Position numbers and translations under genes: made by a program
Assembly (NCBI RefSeq): GCF_006345805.1
Contig: NC_043007.1
Location: 52,824,001 to 52,888,000 of the forward strand
DNA: 64,000 bases
Source of the DNA: Octopus sinensis
Taxonomy: Eukaryota
Direction of reading: 5' to 3'
Notes under the pieces: model-generated
What the model was told of the DNA's origin: nothing
Database searches by the model: none
The model's input: the letters and a program-made list of their open reading frames with translations, nothing else
Shown: piece by piece, positions 48,359 to 62,479 of the stretch
Position numbering within the stretch: position 1 is the stretch's first letter
Layout: every line of letters begins with the position of its first letter

Positions 48359-48839
48359 TATATATATATATATATATATATATTTGTACATGTAATATGT
48401 ATATATATATATATATTTGTACATGTAATATGTACACATATATATACACATATATACATGCATACATGTATTAAAGTGAAAGCCTGTGACATTACAATAG
48501 AGAGATGTTTTTGTTTCACTTTTAACACATATTGTTAATATTGAAATATTGGAGAAGATATGATATTGCTGTGGGCTCGCCCTAGGCAAGAAGTTAAAAT
48601 TTTTTTTGTCCATAGCTGTATATGTATAGCTGTATATACATGTATATGTATAGATGTATATGTATACATGTATATGTATAGATGTATTTCTATAGATATA
48701 GATGTATATGTATACATGTATGTGTAGATGTATATATATATATATAGATGTACATGTAATATGTACATACACATATATACATGCATACATATATACACCC
48801 ATACACACATACCCACCAACAAACACACACACATACACA

Positions 48840-48972
48840 TGTGGTAACAAACACATGGTCCTCAGTTCAGTCCCACTATGTGGTAACTTGGCATGTGTCT
48901 TCTGGTATAGCCTCAGACCAACCAAAGCCTTGTCAGTGGATTTTGTAGACAGAAACTGAAAGAAATCAATTG

Positions 48973-49027
<55 letters not shown>

Positions 49028-49170
49028 GTATGTATATATATAAGTCTATGCGTGTGTCTATATGTTTCTCCCTCATCACTGCTTCACAACTGTTGTTCGT
49101 TTATTTACATCCCCATAACTTACTGGTTTCACAAGAAACTGATGGAATTATCAAAATAAAAAAAAACCCA
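48840..49170 (+). mobile_element. SINE family 1 within Helitron module F cargo
   Basis: gtggtaacaaac...cagttcagtcccact...ggcatgtgtcttctggtatagcc...gtggattttgtagacagaaactgaaagaa. Confidence 0.75.
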
Positions 49171-49234
49171 CTAGGCAGTGTCTCATATTTTTGTTTGCCC
49201 ACTTAGTCGTATCTATCAATTTATCTTTGTATAT

Positions 49235-49398
<164 letters not shown>

Positions 49399-49729
49399 CC
49401 CTAATGGGGGCCTTAACTCCCAAATTTTAGTCATTTCTTTTATGATCAAAAACTAGGTCAAAAGTATTGAATGGATCTTCATGAAATTTGGAAATTATAT
49501 TCTATGCATAAGGGCCATAACCCCCATGACAATTCATATATTTTTGCTGTTGATGAAATTTTAACCATAGATATTAGACACAAGTAAAGTAATATTTATA
49601 AAATTTCATCTTCTTACAGGTTAGAAAGACCCCCTCCATGGGGACTTAACACCCACAATTTTGTCGTTTTATCTAAGCAAAGACGAATACAGTTGTGCTC
49701 TTGGAAGCTGCCAGGAATTCTCCCGTTTT

Positions 49730-51655
49730 GTTGCCAGCTGCATTAAACATTCACCAAGAGGCCCGTAAACAAGTCTGGCATTGAAATGCAAAGCTCATAG
49801 GGTAGACCATCCAAACCCATTTAGTTTCCTAACTAAATCCCACTCTGTTTTCTTATGTTCTACAGCTAGAACCTTACTAAACCGAATAGATTCTGCTCTA
49901 ATTGCCCTCTTGAGAGCAAACCACCAGTTGTTATTGATGATTGTTCCCATCAATGCGCATTTAACTAATAAACTAATTCTGTCTTTGCACGTTGTTAACG
50001 ACGCATTTAGCTTCCAGTAACCGGGACCCTGTCTATGGAGCCTATCTAAGTCGACTGTACAGATCACGAATTTGTGGTCTGTGTAGCCGACTATGTAGAA
50101 TTATGGACACCCTATGCTGTCCTTATCCACTGGCCTACAGAAAACTCTATCTAAGTACAATCTAGACAGCCCGATGCAATTAGTCCAAGTCCACATTGGC
50201 ACATTTGGGTTGTTTAGTTGATACCTGTCAGACAGCTGAAAGCGTCTGAGTAGGTTAGCGAGGCTCTTGCATCCCACTCTCCTATCAGATGCTCTCACAC
50301 CCACCCAATCGAAATATTTATCTAAGACAACGCTCCAATCCCCAACTTGCACTAAAGTGCGAGACATGCTCAGGAAATCCTCTAGACGCTTGAAATAATC
50401 CGACTGCTCTGCTCCTGTTGGAGCATAGGCAGCCAGCAGTCTGAAGGCACCACCATCACTACCGTCCACGTCCAGGACCATCAACTTACCCTCTGGATCC
50501 AGGAAGACTGCCTTTATTTTCAAACCCAGGCCTTTCCTAAATAGCACAGCAGTACCACCACTGCCCGCTCCCAGCCTGGTTTTGCTAATGGCTGCTACAT
50601 CCACACTGTAAGACCTCAGGTCATTTAAAAGGTGACCTTGTTTCTAAGGTGACCTGAGGCCTCTCACTTTTATGCTACTGATTCTGAGCACAAACATGGT
50701 TTTAAAAAAAAAAATTTATGCAGGAGAAAAAGATCTACTTACCACCATTGTCTAGAGGGGTGGCTCCCTTGTGCTTTTATGTGGGTATTTCCACCAGATT
50801 TTTGAAAAGTTTTTTTGAGAAACTTTTTCCGAGTGACCTAACATCGTTTGGAAATTTGTTTTTTATTTTCTTTTAGTTCTCATTTGATATTTTGAGTATG
50901 AGTATGTGTGCTGGTGGTGTGTTGTGTGTGGGTATGAAAAAATCTGATATTTTCGTGTCTGTATTTTCTTCAAGTATGTGACTGGGTGTTCGTTGTTTGT
51001 GTTTACTGTTGTAATGTTGGTACTGGTGGTGGTGGTATCTGTGTGTGCTGGTGTTTGCAGTGGTAGTGCTAGAGAAGGTGTTGTTGAATGCTGTGAGTGC
51101 ATGTTGTTGCTGTTGTTGTTGGGAAGCTCTAGTTTCTTGCACCTTCCCACTTTGTCTGCTGCCTCTTTAGGGGATGTCCTTGGGGTCCATTACATTGTTT
51201 TATGATGCATTTTCATCTATTGTTTTTGTTGGTGCTTTTGTTGTTGAAAATGGTGTTGTTGTTGTTGGTGGTGCGGAAGCTTTTGGATTTTGTTTCGGCT
51301 GCATCTCCTATTATTGTTGCTGCTGCACTGGAGATGTCTCTGGTGACTTCTTTTTTCTCTCCACTTCCATTCTTTTCTTAAAAATGGAGCAATCTACTTT
51401 TAAATGCTTTTCGCTGCTGTAGAGGTAGCACTTTGGTCTTCACCCCTCTACAGCAACGTGCAGCTTTGTGCCATCCGGAAAATTTATGGAGTCGGGTATT
51501 GCATTTATGCTTTCTTGTTCAATCTGAAGGAGAAGCTGCATACCCATACCTGACCAGTTTTGGCTGTGCAATTTATGCACTTCCAAAATAGTGGCAGTGT
51601 CTTCTATATTTAGTTCGGGCGGCACTTGCTTGATTTTTATCTTCGTAACCAACTA
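49730..51655 (-). mobile_element. Degenerate L1/Tx1 LINE fragment (ORF1 end plus EN)
   Basis: KIKQVPPEL...VAVEG.RPKCY; FLDPEGKLMVLDV, AYAPTG, LYLDRVF, GPGYWKLNASL; paralogous to 28193-34759. Confidence 0.85.
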
Positions 51656-51829
51656 GCTCCGCAAGAACCTAGTCAGCTCGGCTACACAAATATTCAAAAA
51701 TATACAAGTGTTACATAATATTTCCAATAAAAATTGGCCCAAAACTTACAGCTTCTGGAGAGACGTCCGTCCGCTTTCAAAACAACAACAACAACAACAA
51801 CAATAATAATAATAATAATAATAATAATA

Positions 51830-52960
51830 TCGAAGCTATCAACACCTGGGCAGTTTCACTCCCTAGATATGGAGCAGGGGTAATCGCATGGACACTAGGC
51901 AAACTAACAGCTTAGACAGAAAGGCAAGGAAGTTGCTAACTAGATATGGGTTACTCCACCCCAAAAGTGACACAGACAGACTGTATGTACCATGAAAAAG
52001 AGGGGAAAGAAGACTTATTGGATGTGAACACAGCAGTAGAGCAGAAGAAAACAACATAGCATGGTATGTAAAAGTTGCCACAGAACTGCTATTATGAGAA
52101 GTAAGAAGGTCAGGCTTGTGTAGGATGAAAGATTCCAAAGATAAAGCACTATACAAGGAATTGAAAATGAATGAAACTGAAGATAGATGGGTAAAGAAAA
52201 GAATGCATAGTCAATTTCATAGGGATGTTGAAGATAAGACAGAGAAAAAAGACGTCAGTGGATGACTAAAAGTGATTTAAAACCGGAAAAGGAGGCTCTA
52301 ATCTGTGCTGCCCAAGATCAAGCACTAAGAACAAACTACATAAAATACAGAATAGACAACACATCAGAAAGTGATAAGTGCAGAATCTGTGGGCAAAATG
52401 GTGAAACCGTATGGCATATTACCAGCCAAGAAGGAATATATGAGACACAACAATATAGCCAGGCTTGACCATTGGACACTTTACAACAAGTATGGACTTG
52501 ACAGAGCAAAAAATTGGTATGACCACAAACCTGAAGGCATCATTGAAAATAGATATGCAAAGATCCTATGGGATTTTACGATTCAGTGTGACCATAAGAT
52601 AGAGAATAGGAAGCTGGACATAGTCTTGAGAAAAAAAAAAAACCATGCTGGATCATAGATATAACATGCCCAGCTGACAAGGTATGAGATAAGGAAGAAA
52701 GAAAAGTTGAGAGATATGACAGGATTAGCTTGGATGTTAAGCAGTTGTGGTTGATGAAAAGGTAGCAGTAGTACCAATAATTGTCGGAGCCCTGGGAACA
52801 GTGAGCAAAAATCTCGAGAAGTACGTGGAACAAACAGGGGCTGCAATAAGAGTGGAGCACTTGCAGAAAACAGTACTGCTTGGAACAACTCGAAGGTACT
52901 CGAAAAATAAGCTGGCAGTGAACAGCTGACACTAAAGTACATCAGCAGCGTTAGAAGCTG
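51830..52960 (+). mobile_element. R4/Dong-type RLE LINE, 3' fragment 1
   Basis: AINTWAVS..YGAG, LHPKSDTDRLYV, ICAAQDQALRTN, CRICGQNGETVWHI (CCHC), KILWDF.IQCDH.IE.RK.DIV, VPIIVGALGTV; flanked by (AAC)n(AAT)n. Confidence 0.88.
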
Positions 52961-52989
52961 TGCAAAGGCAATGATAATAATGATAATAA

Positions 52990-53235
52990 TAATAATTGTT
53001 ATAAAGTACATTGTTTTGTCTTGGTATAAAAGATGGTCTACAGTAAATATTCTGCTCAGTACCACAGATTTACTCATCAGTTGTTTGACCGTAACCAGTT
53101 GACCATGTCCCTTAGTGGCTGATGATATGTGCATCTCTGATCATGAACAAAAGTAGTAGGGGAGCATCATAGCCATGTGTTGAAAGGAATGCTTAGAGGT
53201 TTGGATAATTCATCTTTGGAAACATGGGTGGTTTA
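52990..53235 (-). mobile_element. Short interspersed repeat (third family) in (AAT)n
   Basis: Non-coding, interrupts the R4 cluster; its terminal ttgttat..gtacattgttttg recurs at about 56390. Confidence 0.45.
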
Positions 53236-54115
53236 CTCAACATCCTTAAACAAGGAAAAAAGCTAGGAAGTATGATCTATCATATATAGACAAAGCAGTT
53301 CTAGATGAAGTAAAAACTAAAAGGAAAAATCTAATAATAGCATGGATAGATTATAGGAAAGCCTATGACATGGATAACTAAGTTCAGTATAGCAGACAAC
53401 ATAAGAGAATTAATTAGCTCTGGCATGAAGAAATGCAAAGTAGATCTCTACTCAGGTGACACACTGTTAGAGAAAGTTAATATCAAGAGGAATTTTCCAG
53501 GGGGACTCATTGTCACTTTTAATATTTGTCTTATGTTTGATCCCCTTCAGTTTAGTATTAAGGAAAGCAAAGGCGGGGTATCAGTTCAGAAATAGTAAGG
53601 GAAAAATTAACCATTTGCTCTACATGGATCATCTGAAGCTTTCAGTAAGAATGAAAAAGAAATAGATTCTTTAATACAGACTGTAAGACTCTTCAGCAAA
53701 GATATAGGCATGGCATTTGGCATAGCTAAGTGTGCAATATTAGCCTTGAGAAGGGGACAGGTAGTCAACAGTGAAGGTATCCAATTACCAGATGGTCAGA
53801 CATTAGAGTCATTGAAAGGAGGAGAAAATTATAAGTATCTAGGAGTAACAGAATCTGAGAAATGAAAACAAATTTGAGAAGGAGTACATCAGAAGGGTGA
53901 CGAAGCTAATGAAGTCAAAGCTAAATGGTCCGAACCTAGTGAAGGCTGTAAATACTTGGGCAGTATTATTACTTAGAACTCAGCAGCTTTTGTAGATTGG
54001 ACTAAAACAGAATTAGCAAAGCTAGACAGAAGAACCAGGAAGGAATTCAAATACAAATGGAGGACTCCACTCAGGGGCAGGAGTAGCAAGATTATACCTA
54101 CCTAGAAAGAAAAGC
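53236..54115 (+). mobile_element. R4/Dong-type LINE fragment 2 (RT)
   Basis: IDKAVLDEVKTKRKNLIIAWIDYRKAYDM, HLLYMDHLKL, YKYLGV, AVNTWAV, with stops and frameshifts. Confidence 0.8.
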
Positions 54116-54119
54116 AAAA

Positions 54120-55960
54120 TAGGGCAACTAAAGACCAGTTATTAATTGATAAAATGGTAACCAGAAACTGCAGACACAGGCAGGATTGAATATAATATGG
54201 CTGGATTATAAAAACCACATGAGATGTGATGCTGCACAGCTGGATAAGTTAGACAATGAACATGCTTGCAGTAGCAGGAAATAAGGACAAAATGGTCAGT
54301 GAAAGTAGGAAACATTGGAGTACTGAATTGACTGGAGGAAAACAAAAACATGGAGAGGTGAACATAAGACATGGAATACTCCAAGGTGATAGCTTATCTC
54401 TTACTATTTGTATTGGCCATGATAATTACTTAGTTTGATATTACAGGAAGTCGAAATAGCTTGTGATTTGGGAAAATAGTATGGTCAAATAAATCATTTC
54501 CTATTCATGAGTAATTTAAAGCTTTATGTGAAAGCAGCTGGAAAGTCTTGTACATACTGTTTGTATTTTCTAGAATGAAGTAGATAATGGAATTCAGGCT
54601 TGAAAAGTGATATGAGAGAATTTGAAGGAAACCAGGGAATTGAAATGCCAAATGGGCAAACAAGGAAATCAGTTGAGAAAGGACAGTGGTATTTGAGAAT
54701 ACTGAAGGCAGATGAAATAGAAATGAAGTGATGAAACAGATTATAGGTAGGGAGTATACAAGGAAAATGAGGAAAATATTATCATCAAGGTCAAATTGAA
54801 GAAATGTTATTGAAGTAATTAATTAAGTAATTAATTCAAGAGCAGTGCCAGTTATCAGATATGGAGCTGGAACTGTTGACTGGACAAAACACAACATGCA
54901 GAAACTTGACAGAAAAATTAGAAAACTGTTGACTATGTATGGAGCCTACACATCCAAAATTTGATTTCAACCAGTTGTACTTGAAGAAAGACCAGGGTGG
55001 AAGAGGCTTAATTTGTATAGGAATGTTTGCAAATGGAATGAAACAGCTTACTAAATTATTTGTAGAAGAGCACAGATAAGTTACTAAAGGCAGTGAATAA
55101 AGAACAAGTGGTCAAGACAGGAAAAGGAGTAAGGGACAAAAATGAAATTCATTGAGAACATGTTAAATGGATAGATGAGAAACCTTTGTATGGTCAGTTT
55201 TGGAAAGCCACTGAGGATGTATGTGCAACAAAATCCTGGGCTTTATTGAAAAAGAGAATTGAAAAAAGAAACAGACAGCTATAATAGCTTCTCATGATCA
55301 AGCACTACAGTGCATGGGGAGAAGGTGCCAGCAAAATGCAGAGTATGTGGAATTTAGGATGAAATAATGACACATAGCTGGATAATGCTCCAAGTTGGTT
55401 CAAGGAAAATATAAGAAATGGAAACAAGATAAACTTGTGAAAGTTTTACCATCTTCACACAAATGGGGATTTGAAGCAGGAAGTATTTGAGGACTTCAGT
55501 TGGGAAACTACAAGATTTTGTAGGATTTTCCAATTCAAATGGATAAAAAGATAGAACATAACAAGCTTGTGTTAGACAAGGAAAATTGAATTTGCTTACT
55601 GATTGATCCATCATGCCTATTTCAGATTAAGATTGTGAAGAAAACATGAAAAGTTGAAAAAATACAACCCCCAAAAATTTGAGATTGCAAGGATTTGGAA
55701 CATGAAATCTGTAAAGGTTGTACTTGTGATAATTGGTGCATTAGAGACTGTGAGTAATGACTGAGATAAAGCAAAGGGACTGTGAGTAATGACTTGGTTA
55801 AACCAAATTGGAATGAAATGTCCTACAGAACTTCTACAATAGGTTTGATTCTTAGGAATAGGAAAGACAATCAGAAAAGTTTTGAGTACTTGATGTTGAT
55901 TGATATCATGTAGATATTTAAGGTTGCAGGTAGTAAGCTACTACTCACACAAATTTTAGC
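54120..55960 (+). mobile_element. R4/Dong-type LINE fragment 3 (RT to RLE), heavily decayed
   Basis: RATKDQLLIDKMV, RHGILQGDSLS, AVPVIRYGAG, WDF.IQ.DK.IEH and VVLVIIGALETV remnants. Confidence 0.78.
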
Positions 55961-56029
55961 AGGGAAAAGCCCAATCCCAAGTCAAATAGAATAACAACAA
56001 CAATAATAATAAAGGTTTCAAATTTTGGT

Positions 56030-56360
56030 ACAAGACCAGCAATTTTAGGAGAGGAGACAAGTCAATTATATCAACCCCAGTGCTCAACTGATATTCATTT
56101 TATCAACATCGAAAAGATGAAAGGCAAAGTCACTCTTAGTAGAATTTGAACTCAGAACATTAAGACAGATCAAATGACATTTTGTCCAGTGCAGTAACAA
56201 TTTTACATCATTCCCAGTTCTTATCTGGTACTTATTTCATCAATCTTGCTAGAATGAATGGCCTTGACCTTGGTAGAATTTGAACTTAGAATGTAAAGAT
56301 GGATGAAATGTCGCTAAGCATTTTGCATGGTGTGCAAATGATTCTGGCTGCTCACTGCCT
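56030..56360 (-). mobile_element. Second tRNA-type SINE family with partial tandem duplication
   Basis: tatcaaccccagtgctcaactg...gaaaagatgaaaggcaaagtc...agaatttgaactcagaac occurs twice in variant form. Confidence 0.6.
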
Positions 56361-56594
56361 TAATAATAACAACAACAACAACAACAACAATTGTTATCAT
56401 GTACATTGTTTTGTTGTGGTATACTTTTGAAAATCTTTTTTTTAAAAAAGTGAAACCAGTCAAGTCAATAAACATTTTTAAAAGACCTCCACATTTTCAA
56501 ATCCTCTTTCCTGTATATTTTCACTTGTGTGGTACCTTGCAAGTTTACATATATATTATATATATATATATTATATATATATATATATATGGGT

Positions 56595-58345
56595 GTATGT
56601 ATGTATATCTCATTATCATCATTTAACGTCTGTTTTTCATGCTGGCATGAGATGGATAGTTCTATAGAAAGTGGCAGGTCAGAAGACTGCACTAATCCTT
56701 GCTGTCTGCTTTGACATGGTTTCTATAGTTGGATGCCCTTCCTAATGCCAACCACTTTATAGAATGTACTGTTTGCTTTTTACATGGCACCAGCAGCAGT
56801 GAAGTGACTGAGTAACTTGCAAGAAAAGACCCTCTAAGCTAAGATAAGGAGTAACATGGAGAACAGAAAAAGGGATCTTGCATTAGAGGGAAACATAGCT
56901 GCTTGAGGTGGACAGAGAGTAGAGAGTAAGGGTAAGTGGTGATGAAAGTGAGTGGGCAGAGGACTGGAGCAGGCAAGTATATGAGATTGCAAAAGGATAG
57001 TGGTAGATGAAGGAGGAGTATAATGAGTGGGCAGAGGTAGCAGGTGGAGTTATTAGTAGGATAAGTTGTGGGGAAGAGATTCAACGAGGATATATTGTTT
57101 GCAGGTAGATATGTGAAGGAGAATGGGGGGGGTGAATGAGTGAGCATGGGTGGGGAGAAGATAGGTTGTGTGGAAGATGGGTTGTAGAGAAGATTCGTCG
57201 GGGGGAGGGGGGAAGACAGTGTGTAGGTGGCAGGCATGGACACAAAGGATATACTTTTATGGCCTCGATTTTACTTAATTGAGTAGGTCTTCTCAAGCCT
57301 AGCAAATAGCCAATTGTCTTGGTTCTTTGTTATCTCTCTTGTGAGGCTTAACATATGAAGATCATTTCTTACCACTTTGTCCCCTAACTTCCTCTTCCAG
57401 ATGTACACTCCACATTTAGAGATCAGCACCTCTTTATGCAGCTGTTGTCATCCACATGCACCATATAACCATAACACAGCCTTCTCTCTTGCACACTACA
57501 TTTGATGCCACTTGTGTCCAGTTTTTCTCTTAAAACATTTACACTTCATCATACATGCACACAGACATTGCATATCCAACAAAGCATGCTGGCTTCATGT
57601 CTCTCAAGCCTTTGCATGTCCTCTGCAGTAACAGCCCATGTTTCACTACCACATAACATTGCAGGCTTCATACATTCTGCCTGTCACTCTGAAGGAGAGG
57701 CGTTTGTTACCAACAAAGGTAATATCTCTCTGAACTTTGTACAGCTGGATTCTAACAACTACACTTTCAGGACAACCTCCTTCACTGCTAACTTCATCAC
57801 CTAGGTAATAGAAACTATCAACTACCTGTAAGGATCTCCCTGGACATATGAGGAAGTCTATTTCCTATACATTCTTTGTGTTTATTGTACCTGTATATCT
57901 ACCACACACAGAGAATACTTTCTCTGTTAACTTTCTTGTGAATCCACTGTACCTCTTATGTATCCATACACTGCACTGGGTACACCATATGGAATCTCTA
58001 TACTTTTCTACAAGCAGAACCATTTCCCTGAAGGGATTAGTAATTTGCTTTCCTACTTGCTTTCACACCTGAAATTTATTCTCTAATTCTACAAGAGAAT
58101 AAGATCATCAGCATAGAGGAACTTCCAAGGGTAGTCAGTCTAATTGCTGACTTTCACCATCCTGACAGCATCTTTGTATATGGTTTTGACAGCTCTCACC
58201 AACTACTCATCTACCCCTAGCTTCCACAGTGAACACCAGATGAGGAAGTAAGGGACCCTGCCAAAGGCAATCTCCATATTGACAAATGCTATGTATAGCA
58301 GTTTATTTTTTATTAAATGCTTCTGCTGCAATTGCCTTACTAGGA
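56595..58345 (-). mobile_element. Old RTE LINE fragment (RT to tail)
   Basis: KLLYIAFVNMEIAFGRVP (ORF 58203-58388), PWKFLYADDLIL remnant, 3' UTR ggatgcccttcctaatgccaaccac and (CAT)n tail. Confidence 0.8.
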
Positions 58346-59890
58346 AGATAGTATACGTGTGTGTTTGTGTGGGTGTGCGTGTACACATATAAACATAAAT
58401 ATATGCATGTGTGTATATGTATTTCTATATTCATTGTGATTGGCACTGAGTTTTCTTTAATGTAAACTGGTGATTCCTTGAAAATATAAATTTTTATTAC
58501 TTGATTGCTACTGCCTCACCTACACTGAGGTCATTTAAATGATTAACAGATTTGTAGTATTTAATCTACAGATGAATATTGCTGTGACATTTGTAAAAGA
58601 AATATATTTATTGCATTAAATATTATTTCTAAATGCCTCAGTAAAAAATCAATGTGCTGATTAGTTAAACCTTTAGCATTTAAACCAGCTATATCTGGCC
58701 CATATATTCTGTTTGTTTTATTTTCAATCCAGCCAGACCTGGCTTCTCATACAATGACCTTTTGGAGATAAATAATTACATTATTGAAATCTCAAGTCTC
58801 TAAGATAATGTATGATTAATTTAAAACAATGTGAATAAATATGCATTATATTTCACAGAGTAATCTGAATCATAAAGGATAAAATATTAAATTACACCCT
58901 TCCCTTTAATTAGTATGTTGGATACACCTGCTTGTCCTAAAATATTTTTCTAGATTACTGAAAAGTATCTCACAAATTGTATTGTAATGTGATAATTCAA
59001 ATAGTGCCTGATAAAATGAAGTAGTTATTTTGTTCTATTATGTAACATATCAGTAAGCAATAAGTTCTCATAGAAAAAATTGTTACATAATTGAAAAGTC
59101 ATCTTCATTCTTATTCAATTATTATTATTTTCTCAGTAATACATGTACAACATCTAGTAGGTTTTACAGTATTCTTAATTAACTAGTTAATGTTTCATTA
59201 ATAGAGTGGTTGATAAAGTTTGATGGCACTCCTTTTGTTGGCATGTGTGTGTGTGTGCATGCACATGTGTATTGGTATAGTTCAGTTTAAATTGCATAAC
59301 ATATTACTGGTCTCATCATTATAATCATTGTTTCAACATCCACTTCAATAAGGATAATATTTACATTCTTGACTGTCTTTCAAAGATTAATGGCAATAAA
59401 TCTATGCCACTTATAATCACCAGTAGGCCTATCAAAGGTTCTTTAAGTAAATGTTTTAATGTTTCTCAAATATATCCCATTTTGAAACTTGGTAACAAAT
59501 GTCTTTCTTTCTTAAATAATAGTAGTTAATATGCAATGACGACAGTAGCATGATCATTGGCATTGTCATTATAAATATATGTGTGTGTGTATATATATAT
59601 ATATATCAACTAGTTTTACTCACAAACCATTCATCAGCATGTGGCTATAGAAGAAAACATCACTCAACACTGCCCAAATAGAGGAAACAGACCCTAAGCC
59701 ATGTGCTTCCAAAGAAAACTTCTTAACCATATGGATATGCCTGTATTTAAAACATATTTTGGAGATTCTGATATTCAGAGATTGTGGTTTCTGGAATTTA
59801 AATATGTTGAGTCTGATCTTTCAAAGTTTTAGCATTTGAGTATTTGGGATTATGATTTACTTCTTTCTCTTCACTGTAATTTATCAGTAA

Positions 59891-60276
59891 CTAGCGGTAT
59901 CGCCTGGCGTTGCTCGGAAATAACTATATAAGCATTTTTAGAGATGTAAAGTATAATAGCCATCTCAATATGGCTAACCACAAAGGTGGGGGTGTTACTG
60001 TAGCTTTTTACGTTCTGAGATTTAATAATAAATTTTTAGAGAGTTACTTCCCTTATATATGCCAAAAATGCATTAAAAATGGGAAAAATTTATGGTAAAT
60101 TTTTTTTTAAATCGTAGACTCATCGTAGACGCATGCTAATACCCAGAAGGGCTCGATATGAATCACGACTATAAGATACCCGGTTTTGGTTAAACTGCAC
60201 CGCAAAATGTGGGAGTAGTTAGGAATCTAAATCGTAGGAGACAGACAGCACACAACCTCACTTTTATATATAAAGA
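59891..60276 (-). mobile_element. Complete small Helitron (module C), 386 bp
   Basis: Minus strand A|TCTTTATATATAAAAG...gagcaacgccaggcg hairpin...CTAG|T; canonical A|T site with no TSD. Confidence 0.92.
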
Positions 60277-60292
60277 TCTCCCTCTTTTTTAA

Positions 60293-62163
60293 TCCTTTTG
60301 ATGCTAACCCGGTCGTAGCCGGCTGAAAAATTTTTTTGGTTCATAAGACTAACCTGGCAGCAGCCAGTCGAGAGTACCCATTGTTATTTAAATGTGAATT
60401 AAGTCTCGTTAGTACATTTGTGAAAATATGTTATTTCACTTTGTAAATACTTGAGTTATAGTATGCGGTATTGCTTGACGTGATATCTGAACTCAGTGAA
60501 TTTTGGAAGATTTTTTTCCACATTTTTTTTTTGCGTCAATTTTTTTTTCAACTTTGAAAATGGATAGGAGTTTCATGCTATCAATCAAAGATTTTGAATT
60601 TAAAGGTTTTTCAACGAAAAATATGGAGATATCGAGAAAAAGAATGAATGTGGTGTACGAGAATGAAGAGGATATTTCTGTATCCGAAACCAAAAGCAGC
60701 AATTCAGAAGAAACTGAAAGTGGCGATAGCAACAGTAAAGACAATTTTACATTGGAATGAAGTAAAAACTTTAAAAATGTTTTTATTAGCAATTTTTCTG
60801 AGGGGATGGGGGGTCTAACCATAGTTTTTCTTAGGAAGCAAAACTCTTAGACTTTTATTTTTTTCAGTATGCTTGTTTGAAGCGATCACTCGTCATCATC
60901 ATCATCATCGTTTAATGTCCGCTTTCCATGCTAGCATGAGCTGGACGATTTGACTGAGGTCTGGCAAAACAGATGGCTGCACCAAGTTCCAATCTGACCT
61001 GGCAGAGTTTCTACAGCTGGATGTCCTTCCTAACGCTAACCACTCCGAGAGTGTAGCGGGTGCTTTTACATGCCACTGGCACGAGGGCCAGTCAGGTGGT
61101 ACTGGCAATGGCCATACTCAAATGGTGATTTTTATGTGCCACCTGCACAGGAGCCAGTCCAGTGGCACTGGCAATGACCTCGCTTGAATGTTTTTCACAT
61201 GCCTCCAGCACAAGTGCCAGTAAGGCAACGCAGGTAATGATCACATTTAAATGGTGCTTTTTATGTGCCACCGGCATGGAAGCTAGTTTGTTGTTCTGGC
61301 AATGATCACACTTGGATAGTACTCCTAGTGCTCCACTAGCATGGATGCCAGTCATTGAATTTGATTTCGATTTGATTTGCCTCAACAGGTCATCGCAAGC
61401 AGAGTTTAGTGTCCAATGAAGGAAAGGTACGGATTATATAAGTGGGCTGGTTACACCCCGGGCATAGGCCACAAGGTTATGGTCTCACTTGGCTTGCCGA
61501 GTCATCTCAAGCACAGCAAATTTCCAAAGGTCCCAGTCACTAGTCATTGCCTCGGTGAGGTCCAATGTTCGAAGGTCATGCTTCACCACTTCATCCAAAG
61601 TCTTCCTGGGTCTACCTCCTCCACAGGTTCCCTCAACTGCTAGGGTGTGGCACTTTTTCACACAACTATCAACATCCATTCTCGCCACATGGCCATACCA
61701 GCGCAGTCGTCTCTCTTGCACACCACATCTGTGGATTTACGTGGAGTCCAGTATTTCAGTTTATTTCACCTTCATGGTACACCCGTTCTGTTGTGCATTA
61801 AATTCAACTGATAATCTAGTTATGTGCACAATTCTATATCAAAATTTTGTTGCATACCCAATTGAATATTAGCTGATGATTAATTTTCTATGGTGATGTT
61901 TAAACAAAATTTTAATATTTTCACCTTTTGTTCAGTTTACCTGGATTTACCTGTAATTAGAGTCACTTTGAGACAAAGGTTATGTAATAGAATTAATAAA
62001 GAACCCTTTCTTTAATTATGTTCCAAATATCACATTAATATGTTGATAAGTAGAAAAAAGTTACAGTAGTTTAATGAAACTAGTCTAAATTCATGATTAT
62101 TTTAGAATTTAATTGAAACTCATGAGGGGGTGTGTTTTGGTCAGAAATATACTAACGAAAGGG
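60293..62163 (+). mobile_element. Non-autonomous piggyBac-type element, second copy, with RTE insert
   Basis: TTAA at 60289-60292 and 62164-62167; terminus cgaaaggg; acidic N-terminal-like peptide 60503-60760; collinear with 17936-19354. Confidence 0.87.
60890..61730 (-). mobile_element. RTE LINE 3' fragment
   Basis: QERRLRWYGHVARMDVDSCVKK...GRPRKTLDEVVKHDL, 3' UTR and (CAT)n tail. Confidence 0.9.
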
Positions 62164-62479
62164 TTAATCAAGTTTTTGGTCATGTCACCCTAAATGAACT
62201 GAGACAGTTTAGAGTAGTGAGGACTCATTTATATTGTAGAGTACAAGATAACCTCGCTAGTGTTGGTGTCATGATAATGTGCACATAGCACACTCTGGAA
62301 AGTGATTAACAAATGAACAAATACATAGTGTGGAGAGGACTCTTGTCTTGATGAGGATAAGGACATGACAACCTCTCATTTGATTGTGCTATGATAAAAT
62401 GTACCTAGTATAACTTATAAAGTGACCAACTAACAAGCAGATATGTGTGGATCAAGCGTACCCTTTCATCTTGCCTTAT

